Source: Octopus sinensis (Eukaryota). Taken from it: DNA of 64,000 nucleotides. The DNA is taken from positions 43,338,001 to 43,402,000 of the forward strand of contig NC_043010.1 in the NCBI RefSeq assembly GCF_006345805.1, written 5' to 3'. The stretch's first letter is position 1, and each line of letters opens with the position of its first letter. Positions 48,061-59,790 of the stretch are shown one piece after another. The notes below the pieces were generated by a model, which ran no database searches, had not been told where the DNA came from, and worked only from the letters and a program-made list of their open reading frames with translations. The position numbers were made by a program, and so were the translations under genes.

Positions 48061-49299
48061 AATACAGGTGTTTGACTATCTGTCAACAGTGAGAATATTG
48101 TAGCAGGACGCGAACTCGCGTTACTACATTGCGGATTTCAAGTCACAACATAGCAACGGCTTGATTATGTGTACAGCCGAGTTATTGTCCAATCAGAAGC
48201 CAGACATCATGCGAAAGATCATTCCGGAAGGCCCTGGATTTTTACTCTCCAATGATTATAAATAGAGTTGATTTTAGGCATAGAGTGTTCAAGTCGTTCC
48301 AATAACTGCATGCTTAAACCGATATGCAGTTGTATTGGCATATATTAAGCGGCGCGTGTATACATGTTCCTGTGTTTATCCGGCCCCAGTGGTAAATTTT
48401 GATATCCAGCTACTTTGCAGGTTGCACTATATTTGTTTCGTTTTGCTAACTTTACGTGCAGCGATAATAATCATGTTTAACTGTATGCTTGGTGTGGTTA
48501 AATCACTATACGCAGCTTCCACAAACCAACTAACAACCAATAACAACAACAGCAGCAATACATCTCAGCAACTTTGATGTGACCCAAGTAACAGATTCAT
48601 TGAAAAGTTGATATGGCGGCTTGGTTGCATATGGGAACGATATACAGCCTAACCAAATATCCATTGCCCACCTAATCAAGCCACAATATTCAACAGAAAA
48701 AAATTTGACAGTTTTTATGCCAGTGAGGGCTTGTTGAAATTAGTAGCAGTTAGAAATTGTAGACAGTAAGAAATGATTGAATTTTGCACAAACTCAGAAG
48801 TCTATCGCTTGTAGAGTCTTGTCCAGAATTAAAACAAAAAAGAAAATTGTATTTCAAGAAAACGTAAGGATTAGTCTGTTGTGTCTGGGGAGAGTAATTT
48901 TCTTTTTATACCTTATAATTTAACACACACACCGGTAAAATTTCCATTTATTTTTTATTTTTATTTTCCAAAAATTTTCGTTGTGTCTTGCAACCTTTTC
49001 AATAGTCTTGACTCTGTAAGGATTAATATATTAGATTTTTTTAGAGCAATTGCGGATCGATTAAATATATCATTTAAAGGTGAATCAGTTGATCTGTGGT
49101 AATTTTCCAATACATTAAACAAATGAATTTATTATTTCCTGGTACACGAAAATGACATTGTTTTCACGTATGAAGAAAAACAAGTTACACAAAACGTAAT
49201 GAAAGCGAAAAACGTTGATCGTTTTATTCTTGTTATGTTATATAATCTAAACATAGTATCCGTAAGCTTATAATTGACCATATATTGAAATATTGTATT

Positions 49300-50680
49300 T
49301 TACTGTCTATTATGTGAATCCAGTTAATTGCATAACAATTTAATCACTTGCGCAATGCGATTAATTGCAGTTGACTGTACAAGAGTTGAAGCAATAACAT
49401 CGCAATTAAACTCGTTATATTCCAAACAACCCACAGCACCATACATACTCCCAACATGCCAACAACAACTGCTTTTCTTTTGACATCCCTGTCTGCTCCA
49501 GACACCTATCCACCACAGCAATATGGCAAAAAATACTCCAACTCTCCTTTGATCATTTGTCCATTATCATCACACCACACTCAGACACCACTGACCAAAG
49601 CCGTACCGCTTTTACAAACTTTTATAATCATTAACACAGGCATTGTAACTCATACATTCAACAATATAATGCAGTCGTTAAAAAAAATCTCCCACAAAGC
49701 AACATTAAAAATATGCAACCTTAATTACTTGATAAAAATAGCCATTCTAAGTAATAGAAATAGCCATTCTGATTAGAGCTAAAGACAATCTCAAACACAA
49801 TACACCAACAACGCAACATAAAACAGCTAAACAAAGAAACAAAGAAAATGAGCTATATAAAAACAGAAAACCTGCAAACTTTTGTATTTAACAAACTATT
49901 AAATAAACTCTGTGTGTGTGCGTGCGTGTGGTTTGATGTTTATTGATTAGCCACAACAACGTCGAGTCTATAGTCCATGCCTTAGTCGCTTATTTACATT
50001 CAATAATAAGCAAATGGCCTTAGATGCCTCGGGAATCGGCTAGAAAGTAGTACACGAAGAGGACAGAAACACAAAATGAAACACATGCAACTTTCAGGCC
50101 TCATTTTTTATCCTTTCATTGCACCAGACACTAAAAGCAATCGGGAAATCTAAGGACTTAAAACCCTCACAGAAAAATCTCAAACAAACACATAAAGACT
50201 TGCTTTAACTAACATCTACAACTACGTGCTAATACTGACAAGTTCCCAGAATCAAGAAGCTGGGCATCATAGCACTTCTAAAATCAAACAAAAACTTTTC
50301 ATCAATTTGTGTACATTCTCGAAATTGTTAGATCAAGCCGTTTTTAGGTAATGACTTGATATTCGTAATGTAGCGGCGCGAGTTCGAATCCACGCTACAC
50401 GTCATGGTCGTGTTGAATATTGACACAAGTTTTAATGGCTTAAGCACGGTTGGCATCTCTTTTACTCCTTCTTTCAACATACACACAACCTGGTCAAATG
50501 ATACTAGCAACACATCTTGCTTCAACCAACTATATACACCCGCCCTTCGTATCTTTAGTCAACACTGCACAAAAAGAAAAGATAGAAAAAAGACTAACAT
50601 TCTTACAAACGAAAACTGTTCAACCTCTTACATTCATCAAATACTCTGCTACGAACTTTTTCCTTGAACAATTGTAATGT
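49300..50680 (+). mobile_element. Highly degenerate LINE (EN/RT remnants)
   Basis: Weak remnants such as AIGKSK, KLGIIALLKSNK and FNG. Confidence 0.35.
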
Positions 50681-51264
50681 ATATTTTGCATTTTTTATTT
50701 CAAATTTCTTATTGTCCATTTTGCCGTGTCATATATATCGTTGCTAATATGCATAAGTGTCTTAAGTCCAAAACGTTGCTTTTTCAGAAAACGAAAAAAT
50801 AGTTTCACCATTCCATTTCTTTTTACATTAGCAACAGTTTCAGCTTAACACAAATACTTTGTTCGGTGCATAAAATCATAACTCCATGCATGTATGATAT
50901 TTTCAGTCAGAAATAATTTTGCAGTAAACTGTTTGAAGCATGCTAAACCGTTGTACTACACTTTGACAATTTTCATATCTTGGCATCTGAAGCAGCTGGA
51001 GATACGATAGTCTGACCAAAAGAACCGGCTATTGCAAGCAAAATTAGATTTTGAAAAAAAAAACGAATTTAGCCAAATTTTCTTTCCTCAGTCGAGTTCC
51101 AGATTATCTTGGCGATTTCGGCTGGTTATACTCGAGATTGCTCCAGTCTGGCCAGCCCCAAGGAAAAACTAAGTTAAGAGCATTAGATTCCTTGGAAAAA
51201 AATAGCGAATGTATACGAAAACAAGAACGGAAAAACGGAGAAATGGTACACAAATACATACGTA

Positions 51265-51322
<58 letters not shown>

Positions 51323-51639
51323 CGTGCATGTATATATATAGTGGTTGTATAAAGTCAACAGAACGTGACAGTCCCGTAGAGGGAATTACACCACCGCTAT
51401 ATAGCCCTAGGAAGCATCGACACTTCCTGTCGGCTTTGACACATTTGCTGTGGCCTTATATTTGCAAAGGGGGAGGCAAGCATCCCCACCAGCTAGAACT
51501 AGCAACCTAGAGACATGCATGTTTCTGGGTCTTGCCCGTCGGCAGTCCAGGGTAGCGTGTCCTCGCTAGCAGTGATACTTACTAAGCCTTCGCAAATATA
51601 TATGTATTTACAGTGAAATTTATTCACTGGTCACCGTAA

Positions 51640-53124
51640 TTAGAAATATTGAATTTCTAAATGTCTCAACGAGACATTTCACTTTAAGTTCAATGGCTAT
51701 TGCTTTCACTATAAGTTTTCGATCGCTTTTACAAACAACAACAACAACAAATTAATGACAAAAAGAAGTTCACAATTACTGATGAAAGTAATTTCATACA
51801 TAATTTACTGACGGAAGTAACTTCATAAATTTCACTTCAATCTGTACACTTCGTTAAATTTGGCCACAAATTTCTTATTTACTTTTGCAACGTTTTTTTT
51901 TTTTTTTTGACGGAATTACTGATAAAAGTAATTCATAATATACTGACAGAAGTAACTTAAAAAATGTCACTTAAATACGTACACTTAGTTAATTTCCCTA
52001 AAAACGTCTTATTTACTTTTGCAACGGATTTGTGTTTTCCTGTTGTTAACGGCATTTTTCTCGTTCCTTCGATACTGGCTCTTTGGTTCACTGACAAATT
52101 TCACTTCAACCAGAACAATTCTTTATTTTCCTTAAAAATTTCTTATTTACTTTCTTCCCGGTCATATTAAGAAATATAATTTCCGTTACCCAGTTATTTT
52201 CACTGTTTACTATCTTCTGCACCCGTGTATTTCTGTATACGCATATAACCATGCCCAGAAGGAAAGTGTCAAATTTGTCTACAATGTCAAGGTCAGCCAA
52301 AAGAATATCTCTGTCCAGGGAAAGGGAGATAGCTACAGAAAGGGAAGCATACCAAGAAACGAACAGGCTGTGCACTACAAAAAGCCAGTGCATCTCAAAG
52401 TGATGAACAGTGGTATGCACGGCTGACAAGGAATAGGATCTCCACTGCAGAACGAAGAGCAGTTGCAAAAGCTCAGAGAAGCAACTTCTATGAAGCAGCT
52501 TTCCATTATGATCCAGCAGTTCATTATACAGACGACACTAGAGTTTCCGTTGGTGCAACGACAACTGAGTGCATACATTGTAAAGCCTGGAGAGACACCT
52601 GCACTGTGCTGCAGTGATGGAAAGGTTAAACTTCCTGCAATCTGCCAACCTCCAGAGCCATTGAAGGAACTGTTGTCATCAACTGACCAAGATTCCAAGC
52701 ACTTCCAAAACAAAATTAGACAATACAATGCTGCACTACAGATGACATCATTTGGAGTCACAAGAAATTCAATTGAGCCAGGATTCATGCAAACTTTCAA
52801 GATCCAAGATCAAATTTATCATCGGATTGGCTCTCTACTACTCTGTCAAATGAATCATCAAAATCGGCCTTTCATTGTTTTTAACCTGTACTTGTTTTTT
52901 GGTTACGAAATAAGCTACACAAAACTTGCTTTTGAATTATGTGTATTTACTTTTTTTTAACATTTCACTTAACGTCTATATTCAATGCTGGCATAGGTTG
53001 GAAAGTTATTAATGTAGAAAGTTGGCATCTCAGCTACTAGCAGTTGAGACTTGCGTAATCTAGACGGTATTTTTTAAATATCATTATTCTCTTTAACCCG
53101 GGAAACGCCGGGTATTTCTGCTAG
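51640..53124 (+). mobile_element. Internally deleted Helitron with Rep N-terminal coding remnant and intact 3' end; 5' end uncertain
   Basis: MPRRK.. at 52251, then CCSDGKVKLP..QPPEPLKELL...SKHFQNKIRQYNAALQMTSFG...GFMQTFKIQ.QIYHRIGSLL. The 3' hairpin is ACCCGG-GAAACG-CCGGGT, followed by CTAG|T at 53121-53125. Confidence 0.85.
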
Positions 53125-53143
53125 TGTATGTATATATATTATA

Positions 53144-53186
<43 letters not shown>

Positions 53187-53301
53187 ATAGCGGTTGTGTT
53201 AACCTCACGATGGGGTGGATTCATCGAAGGAAATACTGGTTCAAGGAAATACCTAGTATTTTGGGGGAATTAATTTCATTAAACTAATAGGTGTATATAA
53301 T

Positions 53302-53368
<67 letters not shown>

Positions 53369-53369
<1 letters not shown>

Positions 53370-53654
53370 GATAAAACGTAAGATAACAAAAGAAAGAAAG
53401 AGACCTCAATATTATGTAAATAGAGGAAATTTATCTATACAATAATATGTTACATTACTCGGTAGTCAAGATAAAACTCAATTGTGTATGTGTGTGTGTT
53501 CTTTTAAATAATATTGTTAAGTAAGAGGTTTTAGTGCCTCTGGCTATTTCCAGATAATAGCCAGATAACCGAAGAGATGGTGTTGTGGATTTCCACTTCG
53601 GCACCTGAAACTCAGAGTTTTATCTTGACTACCGAGTAATGTAACATATTATTG

Positions 53655-53657
<3 letters not shown>
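53369..53657. mobile_element. Penelope-like terminal-repeat fragments with 43-bp inverted repeat and hammerhead-like motif (53564-53624)
   Basis: 53437-53480 is the reverse complement of 53615-53657. Motif GATAA-CCGAAGA...GAAA-CTCAGAG-TT-TTATC. Embedded in (TA)n. Confidence 0.55.
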
Positions 53658-53686
<29 letters not shown>

Positions 53687-53950
53687 TAAACATGTAGTTT
53701 AAATTCATATAAAAGAAGAAATAGAAAATGGAGAATGGGTAGTTAATAATTACTTATTATTAACAGCAAATTAATCATCATCCCTTACAGCTGTTTCAAT
53801 GAATACTCAGTAAATATTAAGTAAATATTAAAACTATATAACTGAGTATAATATCTTCAGTGAGAAAAAATATACCTTTTGATGTCTTATATATGTTTAT
53901 GGATTCATTACAGTAGACTGAACGATACGGCTTATGATTTCTATTGTTAT

Positions 53951-54088
53951 CACTAGCGTAGCTAGAGTGTGTGCTGCCCCAGACTCCACAAAAAAACAGA
54001 TATTGCCTACAACTGACCCCAAAGTGGTGTTCCTTTAAAAGTGCCTCCCGGGCGGATCGCTCCTATCCGCTCCTCAGTTACGCTAGTG
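53951..54088. mobile_element. hAT-type MITE
   Basis: TIRs cactagcgtagct / agttacgctagtg, with 8-bp TSD attgttat / attgttaa. Confidence 0.75.
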
Positions 54089-54321
54089 ATTGTTAAATGT
54101 TTGGGCTAGGGGTTTATAGGTCGATTGAAGATAAGATAGGGTAGGTAAATAGAATTAGAAAAAGAAAAAAACCTTATCTACTCACCGTCAGACGAAGGGA
54201 AAAAAATCTGCGTGATTTCTTGTGAAATTTATGATAGACTGACACTAGAACAATTAAACAATGACAGACTGTATTCTGAAGTGACAGATACAACTACGAG
54301 CAGGTTTGAGAATCGAATTAA

Positions 54322-54378
<57 letters not shown>

Positions 54379-54379
54379 G

Positions 54380-54411
<32 letters not shown>

Positions 54412-54832
54412 CACAACCATGTAGTTGGTAAGCAAGCTACCTTATTTCATTTTATTTACCATACACGCACACACACACACACACTCTCACACACACACAC
54501 ACCACACACACACACTCTCTCACACACACACACACAAACACACACACACAACACACACACACACACACACACACAACCATGTAGTTGGTAAGCAAGCTAC
54601 CTTATTTCATTTTATTTACCATACACACACACACAAACACACACACACACACACACACACACAACCATGTATTGGTAAGCAAGCTACCTTATTTCATTTT
54701 ATTTACCATACACACACACACACACTCTCTCTCACACACACACACAAAAACACACACACACAAACACACACACACACACACACACACAACCATGTAGTTG
54801 GTAAGCAAGCTACCTTATTTCATTTTATTTAC

Positions 54833-54871
<39 letters not shown>

Positions 54872-54917
54872 CCATGTATTTGGTAAGCAAGCTACCTTAT
54901 TTCATTTTATTTACCAT
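54322..54917. repeat. Compound minisatellite: five copies of a ~50-bp unit separated by variable (CA)n
   Basis: caaccatgtagttggtaagcaagctaccttatttcattttatttaccata at ~54414, 54574, 54662, 54787 and 54869. Confidence 0.9.
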
Positions 54918-55268
54918 AAAAGCAGTATACAGAGTAGCTGTGGGCTGGACAAACACATTAATGAATGAAAATGAACTAAAATGAGAGACGAAACCCAACA
55001 CCCGCTGATAGGATTTTTATCGAAAACATATTTTCTTTTTTTTAAAAATCAATATGAGGTTTCAAACCTCTTACAAGAAGGAGGCACTAAAACCTCTTAC
55101 TTAACATATATTATTTAAAAGAACACACACACATACACAATTGAGGTTATAAACCACTACAAATAATGCAACAAGATGAGGTTTCAAACCCTCTAACGAG
55201 GCTTTTTCACCTCCTACTCATCGCTATATCTATCATTATCTTCAATGCCGCTTGAGTTCCTATATCCC

Positions 55269-55466
55269 TATTTCTTTACTACCCACAAGGGGCTAAACAC
55301 AGAGAGGACAAACAAGGACAAACACACGGATTAAGTCGATTATATCGACCCCAGTGCGTAACTGGTACTTATTTAATCGACCCCGAAAGGATGAAAGGCA
55401 AAGTCAACCGGCGGAGTTTGAACTCAGAACGTAACGGCGTGCTAACGTTTCTGCCAGCTCGCCGCC
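55269..55466 (-). mobile_element. tRNA-derived SINE with 15-17-bp TSD
   Basis: gagttcctatatccc at 55254-55268 and 55469-55483 flanks the SINE. Confidence 0.88.
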
Positions 55467-56200
55467 TTGAGTTCCTATATCCCGCCATTTCCCATGCCTC
55501 ACACATGTAGGACATGTAAGTCGTGTAAGATCCACCCGGCCATATGCGACATTCCTCTTCAAATCTTTTAAGCTTTTCCCACACGGAAAACCTTATGACC
55601 TCCACAGCTATCTGTGAGGCCATTCGGGATTCCGTGTGAAGGCTATATCTACAGTGTCTTTAATTTCTTCTACTATTTTTCCACCTCCCCGCCCTTGTAG
55701 AAAAAGATAATTAATTCATCATCTTTAAGGGTGGGGCTCGTTTCTTCCACCATGGGTGGTACAACTTCGGGACATTCAGACGGCACATCATCGTCCACCT
55801 GCAATGACCCGTTCTTCTTCTTTCTTTTTTTTTCTTTTCTTCCTGACTTCGGGAGAGCGGAGCTCTTCCGCTTTGTCCGTAGTCTCTCCTCCACCTCCCG
55901 AAGCCTTAGGGTCCTTCGGCGAGCAACCATTGTTGCCCGCCTTCTCAACCACATCCACCTCTCCCTTTGACCGGGTAGGGGAGGTGGCATCCTGTGACTG
56001 TTCCAGGACCTTACCACGGCCCCGGGAATGTCAAGCTACTTACCACACAACCACTCCTGCACCTATACATACATACATACATCAATTATAATCTGCTTCT
56101 GGTTTTATTACTTGTGTGGAGGCTAATAAGTGTTAGGCTCAATCCAATGTCCCCAGGAGAGTGTTCTTGTGCGTATGTCAGTGTGTGTTTATATATATAC

Positions 56201-56240
<40 letters not shown>

Positions 56241-56249
56241 TATATATAA

Positions 56250-56282
<33 letters not shown>

Positions 56283-56286
56283 CTGT

Positions 56287-56465
56287 CCCGTTCGTCGGAC
56301 AGTTTTGTTATTTCAACAAAACTGTCCGACGAACGGGAACGTGAAACTCCGAGTAACAGGCTTTGTTGAATTTCTGCTGCTTTTAAATAAAGCATATTAC
56401 TCTAACCCTGGTATTTGAGTACTCTTTTTTCCACCTTGTTTCACATTTATGTGTTTACTCCGGTA
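56287..56465 (+). mobile_element. Penelope-like terminal repeat with 23-bp perfect hairpin and hammerhead-like motif (56322-56359)
   Basis: cccgttcgtcggacagttttgtt-atttc-aacaaaactgtccgacgaacggg, and CTGT-CCGACGA-ACG-GGAA-CGT-GAAA-CTCCGAG-TA-ACAG. Embedded in (TA)n. Confidence 0.6.
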
Positions 56466-56903
56466 TATACACACACATACATATAGATATATTTATACAT
56501 AACAAAGGGGCACATCTAACCATACATACTTGCTTATAAAACTCTACACACATGAATAAATTCTACGTAACAACATAATCCCAAATTTAATCAATAAAAA
56601 TTTCTCCAAAACACCTTCCCATAACAGCTCACCCTAAGGTCTAATTACCAGCCCCACTCAAATCCATATGCACAAGGAAAACTTTAAGCCAACAGAGACT
56701 ATATAAAGCAAAGATTAGCTCTAATGCATCGCAGTCCAACTATGGCTTAACTGGCTGGAACTTCGAAGTCACTGTCAATAATATTCTGGTTTAAGTATAC
56801 ACTTGTACTCTACAAAAATATAGGGTAACCCCTAAGATTAACGTAAAATTGTTTATATATAACTAAACATAAAAACAAAACATAACATACATGTAATATA
56901 TAT

Positions 56904-56958
<55 letters not shown>

Positions 56959-56961
<3 letters not shown>

Positions 56962-58080
56962 ACGAGGGTGGGACTCCGATTCGAACTGTTACGGAAATCC
57001 TCACACAGGCCCGTTCGATGCAGCGAATAAGCTACGGAAACTCGTCGGAGAGGGAGAGAGAGAGAGATATATACACAACAACAACAACAGCAGCAGCCCA
57101 GAGGCAATCGAGAGAGACGCAATGAGGCAAGGCACAACTGGCTTACATTCAACAACTAGTTTATATGACAATCAATGGTTACAACATCAAAGCATTTAAG
57201 GCAAACATTTAAAGGAGGACATGCACGTGACAACTCAATACATCATACAACAGATCAAAGCATTTAAACATGCATGTAACAATATAACAGTCCGGTAACG
57301 ACACAACAAGGTCTCATATACAGTATTTCAAAGGTACATGTCCGAAGACACAGTTCTTTATAATCTTTTTCTACACATATCAACACAATTCAGAACATAA
57401 ATACCACAACTCAATAATCGACACATCGACAAGTCCTCTACTCAATTCACAATGTTCTTTATCGACTACATCAGAGTCCTTCTTTTCACTGTCTCTTTAT
57501 ATCGTGACACGTATCAATACATAATCAAATACCTTAATTCCTAATTGAATCGCCAGTGTCCCATATTGCACTCCATCTCTCTCTCAATACTGCTAACTCC
57601 AGCCCGCCAGGCTCCTGAATCCAGCTGCTTGCTCCTAAGGTTCCAACTACTCCCTTTGACTTCCAAAATCCGACTGTCTTCTTTGACGACCGAGTACCAA
57701 CTACCAAAACCTCACTTCCTCTCTCTTCTTCCCACTACCCTCTCTATCTGCTCTGGTCCCCAACTGCCTATCTCTATCGCCCGCTGCTGCTACCCTCTCA
57801 TGACAGCTCTGCCATACTCTCTGCCTGTCCTTCTCTGCCCCCTAATCCTCTCTCACTGCTAATATCCTCTCTATCTGCTCTCAGCCCTTACTCTATCTTT
57901 TTCTCACTACTGCTAGATTCTTCCTCTTCTTCAAGGGGTGTCTAGAACGACCCCTAATTCGCCCGCACAAGGCCAGAGGTCCCATTAATCTCCCAGTAAA
58001 CAAAGGACTTGTCTTTTCTTCCAGACATGCCAGCGCCACCATTCCAAGTGGGTCACCAGAACTGCACTTAGCCAAACTCA
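56959..58080. mobile_element. Candidate solo LTR (TG...CA) in (TA)n
   Basis: A 1.1-kb GC-richer non-coding block starting TG and ending CA, bounded by TA repeats. Confidence 0.35.
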
Positions 58081-58106
58081 TAAAATATATATAGATATAT
58101 ATTATA

Positions 58107-58472
58107 CTAGCAGTATCGCCCGGCGTTGCTAGGTTTGTAAGGGAAAATAACTATAAGCATTTTTAGAGAGTTATAGCAAAAATAGCCAAAAAAATGGAAA
58201 AAAAATGATGGTAAATTTTTTTTTTGAGAGTTAAAAAAGGTGGATGCGTCCCCCTAGACGGTCTGTGTTTGGGTTCTGATTCTCGACCCCATGTCGAATT
58301 TATCGATTTTTTTCAGAACTGGGGGAATTTTCAAAATTCTCGCGTTAGTTTTGAATTATGACATTGGGCTATGTGTGTGTCAAGTTTCTCAGATCGGTTG
58401 AAAGCCGTGGTCAGAGTGAGGGTACGAGAAAACAGACACACGAAACGCACAGACACACTGCCATTATATAGA
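58107..58472 (-). mobile_element. Non-autonomous Helitron, 366 bp
   Basis: The minus strand starts A|TCTATATAATGGCAGTGTGTC and ends with a subterminal hairpin ..acctagcaacgccgggcgatactgCTAG|T. Confidence 0.8.
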
Positions 58473-58484
58473 TATATATATACC

Positions 58485-58679
58485 TTTTACTTGTTTCAGT
58501 CATTTGACTGTGGCCATGCTGGAGCTCCGCCTTTTAGTCGAGCAAATCGACCCCAGGGCTTATTCTTTGTAAGCCTAGTACTTATTCTATCGGTCTCTTA
58601 ATCCAAACCGCTAAGTTACGGGGACGTAAACACACCAGCATCGGTTGTCAAATGATGTTGGGGGACAAACACAAACGCA

Positions 58680-58680
<1 letters not shown>
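58485..58680 (-). mobile_element. Partial SINE, second family
   Basis: ttttacttgtttcagtcatttgactgtggccatgctggag... Confidence 0.8.
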
Positions 58681-58719
<39 letters not shown>

Positions 58720-58737
58720 TACATACATACTACATAC

Positions 58738-58774
<37 letters not shown>

Positions 58775-58859
58775 ATATAAATAATATATAAATATATGCA
58801 TATATACATACATATATGTACATACTTACATCTATATGTATATATACATGCATATATCC

Positions 58860-59307
58860 AGCCATTCATCGACACCTGCATTCCATCGAAAAACGACCGT
58901 CTTTGGTTTCAAGGCGAAAGGTGTTCTTCCATCAGGATAATGCACGGCCACATACAGCATGGATGACATTCCAAATGCTGGAGCAGTTTGAATAGGAAAC
59001 GATGCCCCACTGTCCATATCCGCCACACATTGCCCCATCTGATTATCATTTATTCCGCAGTCTTCAAAATCATTTGGACGGAAAAAATATGAATTCTGTA
59101 GATGAGGTCAGAACAGTACTGAAGGAGTATTTTTCGTCACAGACAAGTGAATTTTGGAAGAGGGGCCTGACAAGTCTACCGATAGATGGAAGAGCAGTGT
59201 AGAAAATGAAGGAGAGTATATTTTAGATTAATAAATAGCTCTGATTATTTTAATTTCGAAAAATAAAAGAAGTATAAAAACTGCATTATTTATGGGATGA
59301 CCTAATT
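58860..59307 (+). mobile_element. Mariner 3' fragment
   Basis: VFFHQDNARPHTA...IAPSDYHLFRSLQNHLDGK...ENEGEYILD*, followed by the TIR ttatgggatgacctaat. Confidence 0.85.
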
Positions 59308-59790
59308 CTTATACACATATACTCATACACATACATAAACAGACACACATATTTTTACATACACCCACACACATATGCATACACACACAACTATTAGTTT
59401 ATGAAATAGAGTTTGTAACCATGGATACAATTCGTATCCATGGCACTTCAGTTAAGGTCATCTACTACTAATACTATTTACACGTGACCAAAATCTTGTG
59501 AAAGTAATTTGGTAGATAAATACTGTGTAGATTTCGGTACTGTCGCTATTTAAAAAGTATCTAATTAAGCCCAACATATCAAGAATCAGAAGAAGTACTA
59601 AAATAAATTTAAACATTACATTGCCTCATAGTAAATTTTTTCTTAATGTAAACATTCTTTCTATGTTGTTGGTGTGCAGATAAATAATTCGGAAGTTTTC
59701 TGACAGATTGTTTCATGATTTGCTGATCTTTCAACTGAGAAGATGCACCCAGTTTCCTTCTCCAACCAATACTATATGACTACTGTAATA

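Noticed and set aside
47872-48075. Stop-free + strand reading after a good acceptor (ttttacacag|TAAGAATC...), resembling a terminal exon
   Set aside because: The opposite strand is recognisable Penelope RT (NFGRQFT..RKS..LFDI.MG), so this is most simply an antisense shadow. No partner exon was found.
50366-50400. GTTCGAATCC T-loop/B-box inside a small hairpin
   Set aside because: There are no D or anticodon arms and no cloverleaf, and it lies in a decayed LINE region. Not a tRNA.
51095-51160. Minus-strand CTGG..CCAGCC-GAAA hammerhead-like remnant
   Set aside because: The core reads CUGGCCA and there is no UH site or stem I.
54322-54917. Repeat-spacer layout resembling a CRISPR array
   Set aside because: The spacers are (CA)n microsatellite, the repeat derives from a SINE, the context is eukaryotic and there are no cas genes.
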